Of a DNA stretch of 64,000 bases, positions 37,730-50,500 are shown in pieces. The notes below the pieces were generated by a model, which saw only the letters and a program-made list of their open reading frames with translations, did no database searches and had not been told where the DNA came from. Both the position numbers and the translations under genes were made by a program. Source of the stretch: Callorhinchus milii (taxonomy: Eukaryota); NCBI RefSeq assembly GCF_018977255.1, contig NW_024704743.1, positions 20,028,001-20,092,000 of the forward strand. Direction: 5' to 3'. Numbering within the stretch: the stretch's first letter is position 1; each line of letters starts with the position of its first letter.

Positions 37730-38500
37730 TATTCAACGTATGGACCAGATTAACTTCAAATTTACTGATAAATGTCTGCATAAAATGTGAAATAGTAGCT
37801 GGTCAGGAAGCTTGGTGTACAGCAATAGGAGGGAACATTCAAAACCTTGAACAATTATGCAAATTATGTACATCATTAAAAACAGGCCCTTGAGGTTAGT
37901 GAATCAGAAAGGTTGCATTGAAAATCTGGGAGAAACTTTCTGCAGAACATTTAAGGTTATATAAGTAGTTTTGTACAATTCCAGCCATCATCTTTAAGTT
38001 GTACTTTTTTAATGGTTTGAATGTTGTTTTGATCAAGAACTCCATTACTCTTTGGCATGTGGACTGAAAATAGAATATCAACTGTAACAGGTGGCTTCGT
38101 AAAATAATTTAACCTTCTTCCTGTATTGCCAGGTTAAAGGTGATTGAAACAAAAATCTTGAATGGGGTTTTGTAGCTGAAGGCTCGTTGGTTATTTCATA
38201 GATTTTGAAATCTGCCAACATTACATGAAGGCACATTCTCTGAGGCAGTGTCAGCCATCGGAACACAATTCCACAGCAATTCGGTGAGATGCAGTAAAGC
38301 AGTGGTGTGTACTTCACTATAAAAATGTTAATGCCACCTAATCCGATTGGCAATATTCTGGCCCACATAAATTTACCATATTATTATTATTATTATCAAG
38401 CAACTAAAGCAGGAGCCAACATGAAAGTGGCCCAATGATGAGTCCTGGTAGATGTCTTGGCAACCTTATTATTGTAGAAATAGCATGCAATAGAACTCCT
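37730..38500 (-). mobile_element. Probable ancient Gypsy/Ty3 pol (RNase H end and integrase) remnant
   Basis: Ordered degenerate motifs on the minus strand: TSTRTHHWATF, EVHTTALLH...W...MAD...VPSCNVG, SVHMPKSNGVLDQNNIQTIKK, SGPY. Confidence 0.45.
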
Positions 38501-38559
38501 TGTTTCAGTCCCTCTGCCTCACCACCTCTTTATCATTAAATCCCACCTTAAGACCTTCT

Positions 38560-39691
38560 CTACAAATGGCTTCTCCTCCACCCCCCGCACTGTCTCATGT
38601 GGTGTCCCTCAGGGCTCTGTCCTCGGTCCCCTCCTCTTCACCCTTTCTATGCTCCCCCTGTGGTGACATCATCCGCAGACATGGGGTTAACTTCCACATG
38701 TATGCGGATGACACCCAACTCTACCTTTCCTACTCTACTCTCAACTCCACGACCACCGATGTCCTGACAGCTGCCTGTCCGACATCGAGTCCTGGACGAG
38801 AGACAACCTTCTTCAGCTCAACGTGCGTAAAACTGAGGCCCTCCTGATTGGCTCACGTCAGCGCCTCCGCACCTCAGGCGCTGACAGCATCAGCATCCAA
38901 GGCTGCACTCTCCACCTCTCAAAGCCAGTCAGGAACCTCGGGTTTTGTTCGACCCTGAGCTGTCCTTTCTCCCTCACATCCGCACCACAACTGGCACCGC
39001 CTTCCATCACCTCCGGAACATCGCCAGACTACGGCACTACCTCACCCCTCACGCTGCTGAAACCCTGGTCCACGCCTTTGTCACCTCAAGGCTGGACTAT
39101 GGGAACTCTCTCCTCGCCGGCCTTCCCGGCACCTCCCTCCACAAGCTGCAGGTCATTCAGAACTCTGCAGCTCGTGTACTGTCCCGCACCAGGCTTCGCA
39201 ACCACATCACTCCCACCCTCGCTCGCCTCCACTGGCTCCCCATCCCCCAGAGGATTGATTTCAAGATCCTCATCCTCACTTATAAGGCCATCCACGGCCT
39301 TGCTCCCTCCTACCTCTCTGACCTACTATCCCCCTACCTACCTGCCCATACCCTCCGTTCCTCCGGCTCCGGTCTGCTCCACATCCCCCGCCCCAACCGC
39401 CCTACCATCGGTGGCCGGGCCTTCAGCCTCTCAGCCCCAGGCTCTGGAACTCCATCCCCCAGTGCCTTCGCCGCTTCCTCCCTTTCCTCCTTCAAGGCCG
39501 GTCTCAAAACCTTTCTCTTTGACCGTGCCTTCAGCTCCCCTCTCGACTCTCTACCCCCTCCTCGCTCCCTCCCTTCCCTCCCCTCACCCTGACCATTTCC
39601 CCCCTGCTCGGGTCCTGACCCAACTGTGCAGCGCCTTGGGACGTCCTCCTGACGTGAAAGGCGCTTTATAAATGGAATCTTGTTGTTGTTG
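38560..39691 (+). mobile_element. 5'-truncated L2-clade LINE, closely similar to 25900-27075
   Basis: [40 protein letters not shown]; same 3' tail with (TTG)n. Confidence 0.95.
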
Positions 39692-40349
39692 TACCTCTTC
39701 AACCACATTTATGATCACCTCCCCCGCCCCCCCCTCCTTGTTTGGCATCCAACCCCATCTCTGTGCAGTGCTCCAAATATAATCATGTATAAATGCAAGT
39801 TGTTGTTGCCAGCAAATAAAGCTGGGAATTGTGGAACTTATTGATGGAAATGGAGGAACGACAGAGTTATAATACTTATTTTTCATTGACAGTCCAGCAG
39901 ACAATAGTGGAAGGATCATAGCAAGTGGGGAATATCGATTTGGGGATGGCAGATAGATTCTAATGCAACAGAAATGTGCTTGCATTGGTGCAGTGCAGCA
40001 CTAGTTAACATGGAGTGAAACTTTAACGTACGGCAATTGTATTTCAGGAATGGAACGCTAGAACCTGTATAAACTGTTGGGTGAAAATTACAAAACATGA
40101 TGTATTCATTTACACCAGTGTTAATTATCAAGTTGTTTTTTTAAAAAAATAGCTAAAGCTGTGAGTCAATACTAAAAATATTGACTTGTGTGTATGTGTG
40201 ATTTTTTTTTACCCACCCCTTACCCTCCCCCCAAACTCTGTTATAATGTTGGTCCCAAAACCTCCCCCCCCCCCACTATTGTGGAGCACTGTATTGGAAA
40301 TGGAGAAGTGACAGAGGTATAAAAGCTTGTTTTCCATTGGCTTGTTAAT

Positions 40350-40680
40350 CCTGTTCCATGCTGAGTTAGCTGACCTCATCCTTGACATTAGTGAGGCATG
40401 ACGATTGATCTCAGTGTGCTTGGGTCATGAAGCAGAATATTTGACACAGCACCAACTATTGCTCATTACTTAGTGACCCCTGCAGGAAAGAATGTGTGTT
40501 AGTGTGAGGACATTGAGTGAAGACTGGATTTTTCCCACCGTTGTATAAACTGCCAACACTCATTGTGATTCACATGTGAAGAAGGGTCACTCAAATAAAT
40601 CACTTAAATAAGAAATCTACCAGCGCCCACAGAGCCATACCCTCGGACAGATCACCGCCTTTAGTAGGAGAAAGAAAGCA
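40350..40680 (+). mobile_element. Old unclassified SINE-like repeat (family C); related pieces at about 41190-41270, 42100-42330 (-), 48630-48760 and 55330-55440
   Basis: Shared blocks gctgagttagctga(c/t)ctc, gtgacccctg and cacatg(t/c)(g/a)aagaagggtcact. Confidence 0.55.
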
Positions 40681-43661
40681 AAAGGAAATTGCAGTAATTA
40701 ATTTGCAAAATAATTGTAAATGTGTGCACAGCAACCTGTAGCTGCCATCTACAAGCAAAATCATTTCATTTTCTTTCATGTGTATTTTATCACTAGCAAT
40801 TAAGACCAGAATTTGAAATTAGAAGCAGTGTATTGAACTCAAACAAAACAACAAACCAATTTAAACTGGATCATCTGCATTAAACAAAGATGGAGCATAA
40901 TCTATTACATACAGTATATTCTGTGAAGCGCTTTGAGACATCTCTAAGACGTGTTGAGGTGCTAAATCAAATGCAAGGATTATTATTATTTATAGTGCTA
41001 TTCTGCATCTAAATAATATTACATAATTTGTGAATATGCATCTTTATTTAGCCTTTGTTTCCAAAGCTCGGTTCAGGTTGGTATACAAATTAGTGAATTA
41101 ATTTTCTTGAAGCAGAATCAATTCATTAAAGCTTTAACCAAATTATATGAAGCACTAGTTACCAGTGGGCTTCAAGTGTTTTTTGAATAGGTTCACATGC
41201 AAAGAAGGGTCACTTAAATAAGATACCACCATCCACAGAGACATAGCCTCATGGAGACTATCAGTACCCTTATCCTGAAGGTACTGGTAGCTTTCTGTTA
41301 CCTTATTAACAAAAGTCTATTCAATCGGAACAGAGCACTGAAAACAAAGTTGACAGTTTTCCGGGTCTAAATAAAAAAAAACGCACGTTTCAAGTGCAAG
41401 CCTGTTGTGAAGGCCTTTTCCACAAGCGGATGAGAATCTCCTTCTGATCTGATTCACGGTTAATGTTCCTCTCCCCTCCTCCACCTGAAACACAGAGGGG
41501 CGCTCAAGCAAAATGGCTGTCATACTTACATTTGTTTGAATGTTCCACCAATAATGACACCAATCCTCCTTAGGCTTGGGGAAATTTTGACTCGGAAATT
41601 TGCCACTATTTGCATTAGCTTAATTATAGTTATTCTTTGGATTTATTTATTAGGTTTTGCATTTTTAAATAGTTTTCTTTAGTCGGACAAAGAAGAATGA
41701 CCCCTTCCTCAATAGTGCCTCCGGCACATTACTTATGGTAAAGGTGAACTGAGCTTGTAAATCTCTTGGAGATAGTGTAGTCAGCTAAGTAATCATTCCT
41801 GTCATCAAGTGCAAGAGGGAAAACCTTTCTCTCTACAGGGAGTCCGTTAAGATAATTGTTCCAGTTATCAGAAGCTGAAGGAATAATATTGTTCACTCCA
41901 GGCAGTCTTCACATCAAACTGATACCTTGTTTATTGATAGAAGTTTGGATTCCCAGCTCTCATTCCACTTGATAGCATTATTTGTCTTTGCCCCAATAGT
42001 CAGGAGGCACTCTCGAGCAGCCAATACCCAATATAGCCATTTTGAAAGTCAGTGTACCTACTTGTGTGTCTCAATATACTTTTCTCAACATACTTGCGTA
42101 ATTACCATTTCAAACAAAAGTAGCTTTTCTTATGTCCCCACCTCTTTCCTCCAATTTCCTTCCCTCATTCATTCTTTCGGAAGAATTCACAGGTGCAGAG
42201 TGCCCTTTGGTATAACTCACCTAAGTGACCATTCTTCATGTGTGAGGTTAGGCAGCAACTGTCAGCCAATTGTTCAACTGTGTAGAACATCACAGCCGAG
42301 TCCAATCCTGACCTTGCCTGACTCCCACACACACGTAGTTTCAAGCTAGGTTTCTGCAGAACGACCAAGAGCAGCAACAGCTCCATTTGATTTTTTTTCC
42401 TCTCCCCCCCACTTAAATAAGGGAAGCTGAAACCAGGAACCAGACGATTTACGTAGTAAAGACTGAAGAAACCGGGGATTTTTTGCCTACAATAGAGAAG
42501 GTTGAGAGAAAACCTGATGGAAGTTTTTTTTAAATTGGCAAGAGTTTTGCTAAATAATTTCCACTGGTCAGTGAGTTGGAAACTCGAGCTAAAGTAATCA
42601 CCAAAAGGCAAAGAGAGCGTGGGTTGTTAGGACATGGAAAACTCTATCTGGAAAAACGAGTGAGCACAATCTACGTTATCTTGAGAGAGGGATTAAGATA
42701 GCTATTTGAAAAGGAAAAATGTAGAAAAATATGGGGAAAAGACAAGGGAATATGACTAAACAGATGGCTCTTTCAGAGAGCCAGGAACAAGAGATTAATA
42801 ATGCAAGGATTATTATTATATAACAAGAGATTAGGACTAAACAGATAACTTAATCAGAGTAGGAATAACAGACAAATGCAGAAACCCATTACTATGCTTA
42901 GAGTATCCAAACCAGAGTGAGAGTTCCACATATGTATGTCACTAACATTTGAAAATTTCCCTGCATCTGAAAGGAAATGTGCACTCTCTCCCTATACGGA
43001 TGAATCCTACTGACTTAATGTTGGAGGTATTGTAGGCTGGCAAGAGCCTAGTGTGGGGACCTCAGAATGTGTGGTTGGGTTACAGCAGGAGTCTAACCAG
43101 CTAAAACCACGTAGATTACCATTGAAAGTACTGTCTGGCAAGCTGCCTGCTGCTTGTGCAGCTGGGATCACACAACCCATTAGGTTGCAGGGGTAAAAGG
43201 AGCCAAGAGGGAAGAATCCCTGCTCCCAGTGACTGGTCTGCCATTCCAAGCCCTTCCAATGGGTCAGGCTGTCATTAGCAGTGCCCTGGAATTCTGTGGA
43301 GCCGGAGATTCAGGAGCCGGATGACCGAGACCACCACCGAGAATAGACTCATTTACGATATTCCATTGCCAAGCATGTCACTTTGGAGCCAGTGAAAGCC
43401 TGCACAGAAACAACAGGCCGAACGTCCTCCTCCTGTGCCATACGTTTCTGTGGCTTTAAACCAATTATAATACCACTACTGCTGCCCCAAATTAGTCAGC
43501 CAACACAGAGCACAGACAGGGGATGGTACCTGTGGCCATCCAGCGCTGTACGCTTCATTTCATTCTATCGGAGGAGCTATCGCTAGGCTGTTGGACTGTG
43601 GGTGGAAATCATATCCAGTCTAGGGCCTGGCACAACTTGGCACCTGCACATCTGCATTTTT

Positions 43662-43676
43662 CCAGCAGGTGGCAGT
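43662..43676 (+). promoter_or_regulatory. Candidate CTCF site
   Basis: CCAGCAGGTGGCAGT matches the CCASYAGRKGGCRS consensus. Confidence 0.5.
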
Positions 43677-44919
43677 GGCTAGAAAGCAGGAACCGTGGCT
43701 GATTTGACCCCAGATACTGAGTCCAATTTACGCCCCGCTTACATCTCCTGAGCGAACTCAGCACCCGCCAAAGGTGGAAGCTGGGACTTTCTGATTCTCG
43801 ATGGTACCGAACGCTGCAGAGCAGTTTTCTCACTAAGTCACCAGTGGAAATGGAAAAAATAGCATCCGACAGTTTCTAAAGAAATTTTGTAAAACTGAAG
43901 TCTTAAAGGATTATAAATGTGTTTGTTGCAGAAATGAATCAGGGTTTTTCTGCAAACAGTGTGATTCTGGGGATAGAAATCAAAAGAAAATACGGGTGCA
44001 AACTCTAAATATAAAAAATTTAATATGCGACTAAAAAGAGGGGGAGGATCATTGTTGTCAGGATGGTTGATCAGAGGCATTGGCTCTTGTTAATTAACAG
44101 CTGCACTGTCAAAACTATTATCAACATGAAACCAAGCCCTGAGGAATGTGTCTTTAGGCCAGTAAGAGATCAGACTGTGCAATTTAGGAACTTCTTCGCT
44201 TCCAAATTTATGCCAAAGTGCTGTCAGTATTGGATTAATGCCTGCACAAAGCGAACAGTTTTTTTTAAATAAAAGGTTTGACCACGTCAAGATAACATTG
44301 TGAATTCTGGGCTGGGGGTGGTCAAACATCTTCAGAATCCCCAAGGTTGCTTCAGTGCTTCAAATACTGGTTATGATAAGATTACATCTAACAAACAGCT
44401 CTGCTTGGCAACATTTTATGGGTAAGTAGTAATCCATCCAGGAAGTTAGGACTTGAAGTTCTGGGGAAGATTAATTTTCACTGCATCGTTTTCTAAATGT
44501 TTTCAAAAATTAAAATCAAAAGAGAGAGCACAGGTAGAAAGAGGAATACTTTCTGAATCTGTGGGAGGATGTGTCGAAGCCATGACTAATTGCTGTGATA
44601 CTACATCATCAAAGTATTCAGTTACATGATAACTGTACTTGCGGTTCATTTCCTTCAACTTCATGATGCAGGATAGAAAAGTGTCAATGGAGCCCTGTCT
44701 TATATCAATGAGGGGGCCCACGGGCTGTTTTAACATGAACGTTTTATCAGCAAGAGCGGAGGATCGGGGCCAATACAGGGTTTTCATGTCAGTGGCTAAA
44801 CAGAAATTAATAAGGGCTTCATAAAAAGCAGAGAACCAATGACTTGACCAATCATGGATGAACCCACATGTTATCTGCTGTACACTGTGCTGTTTTCCTT
44901 ATTCAGTTCCAGTTAATAA

Positions 44920-45531
44920 TAATTTGATATAGAGCCTTATCACATCTTCTAGATGTCTCAAAGTGCTTCACAGGATGTATTAGAAAGGGAAAGGCAAAAT
45001 ACTGTAGATGTTGGGAATCTGAAATAAAACCAAGTCGCTGACAGCATCTATGGAGAGAGGAAAGTAAGCTAACGCTTCAGGTCGAACTCTAAACAGTTCT
45101 GACAAAAGGTCATTGACCTGAACCCTTAACTCACTTTCTTCTCTCCATAATGCTGACAGTGACTTCTGTTTTTATTTCAGATTTCCAGCATCTGCAGTAT
45201 TTTGTTCCCAGTGTGTTATAGCGTTTACTGTATATATATAAAAGTATATGTATATATTATAAAGTATAGCGTATTCCCAGTGACTTCTGCTTTTATACTA
45301 TAAAGTGAATTGAATGTATATTTTGTGGGCAAAACGAAATGCATGGATTGAATGACCACTTTTATTTAAGGGATTATTACCCCAAAAAAACAAGCTGCCA
45401 ATTGACTAACAACTGGGTTCCTACTTACTGCTAGTAAACAGAGGTGTGTGGAGTAAGGAAACTTGCCCAACTTTTTATCCTATCTCTCGCTTGCGAGGCG
45501 AGTACTCTAACCACTAAGCAATAGGACTCCA
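44920..45531 (-). mobile_element. tRNA-derived SINE, family A, interrupted by a palindromic element
   Basis: Head at about 45480-45530, tail at about 44920-44980. Confidence 0.75.
44996..45204. mobile_element. Older, decayed copy of the palindromic Penelope-like element
   Basis: Terminal arms caaaatactgtagatg...aatctgaaataaaa and ttttatttcagatttccagcatctgcagtattttg; centre cagttctgacaaaaggtcattgacctgaa. Confidence 0.75.
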
Positions 45532-46352
45532 CTTCAGTTATCTATTCACTGAATTCAGAATCTACTTACTGAAATATCAGGTTTGATTGAGCCATATTTG
45601 AGTCTCCCAACTGGGTAGGGCTATAAGAAGATTCCAGAAGCTTCAAATAAAGCAATTTGATTATTAATCTGAAAAACTGGGTCTCAGTGTTTCCTGAATG
45701 AACTGGTTGGATACCTTGAACCAGATTCTCTGTACCAACTCGAAGGCAGGTAAACCTAAGTAAATTTGAATCATAATGCTTCCTACACTAAGTGCAGCAG
45801 TAATTGTGGTAGTAATGGACACTAACAATATAGTTAATGAAGATTGACTATAGGCACCGAAAGAATTGACAGAACTGTCCTGGAAGTGGCGAATGGATGG
45901 CTGACTCTGTGGAACTCACGGTATGTGAACTTAGATAAGATTGCGATTGCTGTTCTGTGACCACTGTTTGGAATAATGAAATGGAATTTAAAGAATAGAA
46001 TAGAATAATTGATATCCTTGTCAGCAGATGCTACGCCATCAAATTAATTACCAAGAAGAAAACTAAAACAGACAACTAACCAACTAATAATTGTCAGGGC
46101 AAACCCCTGGATAGCGAACATTCACAGAGTCATGTTCATGACCTCTGTAATCGTTGCAGGAAAAGCAGAGCTTAATTAACAAAATGTTATTTCGCTCTCT
46201 CTCTCTCTGCATGCGTGTGTGTGTGAAAATAAGATGATGGATTTATTGTATCAAGATGAAACAACTCAAAACATTTTGCATGAGTTTTATGAAGATGCAA
46301 GTGCAAAAGCAAAGGGATAATTTCTGGGCTAAGCGCCCCCATCTTGCCGACA

Positions 46353-46720
46353 CAATAATAATCCTTGCATTTGATATTGCGCCTTATCACGTTGTTGAGA
46401 TATTTCCAAGCGCTTCACAGAATATACTGTAAAGTGAATTGACTGTACTTGTGGGTGAAACATGGCAGCCAACTGCACACAGCAATGTCCCACAAACAGT
46501 CATGGAATGAATGACAAAGTTATAACAAAAAGTTTGAGGGATTATTACCCCCGGTTAACAATCTGACAATCGACTAACAACTGGGTTCCTACTTACTGCT
46601 GGTAAACAGAGGTGTGCGGAGTAAGGAAACTTGCCTTAGATTTTGCTCTGCCCAGTAATCGAACCAGGGTCCTCTCGCTTTTAAGGCAAATGCTCTAACC
46701 AATACACTACAGGATTCCAC
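46353..46720 (-). mobile_element. tRNA-derived SINE, family A, full length
   Basis: Reverse complement matches 21212-21575. Confidence 0.85.
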
Positions 46721-47183
46721 AATACATAGTCATTACACGCTACAGTAAATCCTGTGAAGCGCTTTGAGACATCCAACATGAAAGGTGCCATATCAAAAAC
46801 AATAATTATTATCCTCTTTTTAAGTATGAATTGCCCAAGATATCTTCCACCAATTAACAAGTAGCCTCACTTCAGCAATGTATTTTTAGGTAATATTTTG
46901 AGTCATAACAATTTGCTGGAAATCAAGTCTAAACATTGACTTGCTTTTAAAATATAATACTTTTCCAGCAGGCTTCATACAAGAGAGTTCCCAATTGCTC
47001 TTCCTATATAATAATTGTATGGGACGATTTGATACAATTTAGTTTAGACCAATATGGTTTGATCGAAGTTCTATGCTGGAATAGGTCATCTCAGTTTTGA
47101 TGGCTGTGGGCATTACCTCAGTATCTCCAGGCTGTAGAGGGTGAAAATGAGGCGGGTTTCCTTTCATGTTCATTCTGTCATTC

Positions 47184-47530
47184 ATAATAATCCTTGCATT
47201 TGATATAGCACCTTATCACATTATCGCAACATCTCAAAGCACTTCACAGGATTTTGCTGTGAAAATTTGTGACTATTTGTAAGTGAGTGTGGTAGCCAAT
47301 TTTCACAATGCAATGTCTCACAAACATCTATGAAGTGAGTGATCAATTTTATCTGCCGGATTAATGGCCAGGGCACTGGGGAAACTCTTCGTTTTTCAAA
47401 TAGTGCCATGGAATCTTTAACGTCCACCTGGACAGGCAGATGGGACCTCAGTTCAACGTTTCATTCGAAGGACGGCACCTCCAACAACGCAGCACACCCC
47501 TAGCACTGCACTGGAATGTCACCTTAGATC
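47184..47530 (-). mobile_element. Deu-domain SINE, family B
   Basis: aatagtgccatggaatctttaacgtccacctg core; tail at 47184-47250. Confidence 0.8.
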
Positions 47531-50500
47531 GTTGCAATGGAGTGTCAACCGAGACTGTGAGTTCGAAATCAATGTGGGTCTTGTACTCACAACCTGAGGT
47601 AAGAGGGCTACCAACTAGGCAAGTAGTGGGCAGGTCACACTCGCTGATTGTTAGAAAGTAAGCAAGAGTGGTATTTACCTTTCCCATGATTCAGCCATTC
47701 AATTGTGTGTGTGCGTGCGCGCACAACAATCTTATCAAGTTGGAAATGGAAATATCCTGTCCTGGCGATTCAGTGGGTAAAGCCACTGAGCCTTCGAGAT
47801 GAGGAGAGGTTTCATGCAGTCTTAGCCTGGTCTTTATATTTAAGTTCACAACGAATTGTGGAAAATATTTAAATTCAATCTTAGTTTGGAAGCCGCTTCC
47901 TTTTAACAATTGTAGAAAAGCAGCTTCCAAATTAAGATTCCTTTTAAAAATCTTTCAAAATTTTGCGCAATCTTTAATTCTAATTTAATTCTAGGCTAAA
48001 ACTAGATTCAATTTCAGGCCCCGGGAGGTTCCAGGTAGGTTTAATCCCTGATCTCAGACAGGTTGGCAAGTAAGGGTGCTGTTGTTCACATTCGTGCCCC
48101 CAGGCTGGAATGAAGAGAGCAAATCCTTTTATGAAGTCCACATATCTAGATATCGTAGGCTTCAAATTCCTCAATTTTTTAATTGTGCATAATTGTTTTA
48201 TTTAAAAATCTTAAATTCAGTCTCAATTTGGAAACCGTCATTTTGGAAGCAGTTCTTATGATGAATTACAGAAAACTGGCTTTCCAAAGAACTGCAAAAA
48301 AAACAGCTTCCAAATCGAGGCAGAATTTACAAATTTTCCAAAATGCTGCACAATCTTAAATTTTAAGGTGCTTCATCTCACCCACCATGTGAAATTTAGT
48401 GCACACAAACACTCACATACACACTCAAATCCTTTCGCATGCACACTGACCCTCACACACAAACACACTCACGCAAGCGCATGCTGTATGAGTGTGTATG
48501 TATGAGTGCGCATAACACATTTGCTTCTCAGTCAAAAGAAAGATTTGCACGGTCAAGTCCCGTGCAAATACACTCACATGCTCATGCCCTCGTGCTCTCA
48601 CATACACACACTCGCACGCAAGCTTGCAGACTGACACTCGCAGTCTAGGCTCATGCATGAAGGATAGACACTTAGTTTAGGCAATAAATGCCTTGCTGGT
48701 GCTCTCGGAATCCCACTCCCGCATGAGTCAGCACTTTCAGAAAAGGTGGAGAGAATTATTTTTAATAAATGGAAATTGATTTTTCTAACTGCATGTTAAG
48801 TACTACATGCATAATATTAAAAGACTGATGCAGAGAAACATTAGCTAATGATTTACTGTGAGGGTCTGCACATTGTCTCCCAGCCATTGATTTATTTAAC
48901 GCAGTTCTGCTTTTGGAGGATCACCTTTTCAAAACGGGTCAGAAATGGAAATTAATAGCCTGTTTCAAGCAGCATTGAATGGAGGTTTTCTATACTTTAA
49001 AAGACTTCACCGCCACTGTGTAATCCTGACATTCTGCAAAAGTATATATCATGATAAAAGCATCAATGTATGGTGATGTATTGACAATTTCTCCACCCTT
49101 TGCCTGAGGGTTTGTGAAAAATATTGTGAATGCTTTGACATACATCTGTGTTTCTACAGTATACCCATTATTCTTAGATACATCGATGTCTGAAAACGTC
49201 ATGGAAATTGCTTCAAAGTAAGGTGGCTACTAGAAACGTAATAACATTCATCAGACTATTCCAGCGGTAAGATAAGAGTAGTTTCTACTATTTCACTGAC
49301 CAGTTGCTCACTCTATGGCTGTTTATGGGACTTTGCTGTGCATAACTGGCTGCTGCGTTTCGCCCACAAAATACAATCAATCCACTTTACGGTATATCCT
49401 GTGAAGCTCTTTGAGACGTCTGAACAACGCGATAATAAGGCACTGTAGTAGTAATAATAATAATCCTTTTGTTTGATGTATCGCCTTTATCACATCTTAG
49501 AGACGTCTCAAAGTGTTGAATTGACTGTATATTTTGTGAGCAAAACTGTTTCACTATATCAAATGGAAGGATTATTATTAATTGCGACCAGGGTGCTGAC
49601 CACATTTTCCACTTTACTTTCTAATGTTTGAAAAACACTTGGGCAGCTGAGCGCACCACCATCCAATTCCTAACAATTGAAAAGAACCGACTATCTCATC
49701 AGTTCTTTTCAATCATTAAAAAAAATCTCACCATCAATCAGAGACTGGTAATCTGTGTTTTAAACCAGTTGTTTGAATGAACTAGTTGTCCCCTGATCAA
49801 CAATGTTGTGAGCAGGCAACAAAACTGCAGCTTCCTGCATGCGTCACTGTTGAAGATGTAATTGGCACTGTGCCAGTCTGTGCTGTGTAAGTAACTGGAA
49901 CATTTATTCATTATCAAACGGCAGTACATGACAATCCTCCTGCATGATTATTATGCTAAATGACTAGTTAAATGAATGATCTACTTACTTGTTCTGGGAA
50001 ACACGATCAGTTAAATATTTCATATTTTGTTTGCATTTTGGATAAAGGATATTTTAATAGTATCAAACAGTCACAGAAACGGTTGTGTAAAATGAGAGGG
50101 AAAGAATTAAAGTACTTAGCACAAAGAACTCTTTAGCTCTTTCACGCCAAAGAATGTTAGAAATTTGCGTATTCAATGAAAGTTCAACAGTCAGCAAAAG
50201 TAGCACAGAGAAACATTGTTTAAGCAAAGAGGATAATTTCTCCTTTAGTTGACATTTTTATGACATTTTTTCCACAGACTTTTGGGTTCGTATGGGTCAT
50301 TTAATCAGGTGGGAAATGGGACGAAGGAAAGTTGTTGTATTTCCAGCAGAACACATTCATGGCATCATCGTGCATTGTTGTGCTTGGAGTAATTGTTTAG
50401 GACTGAATGTCAGCTGGGAGAATTACAACATATCCTTCCCCAAATTGGCACCAACTGTTGAATTCCCTAGTGACGAGAACTGTTGAACTCCACGCAAGCA

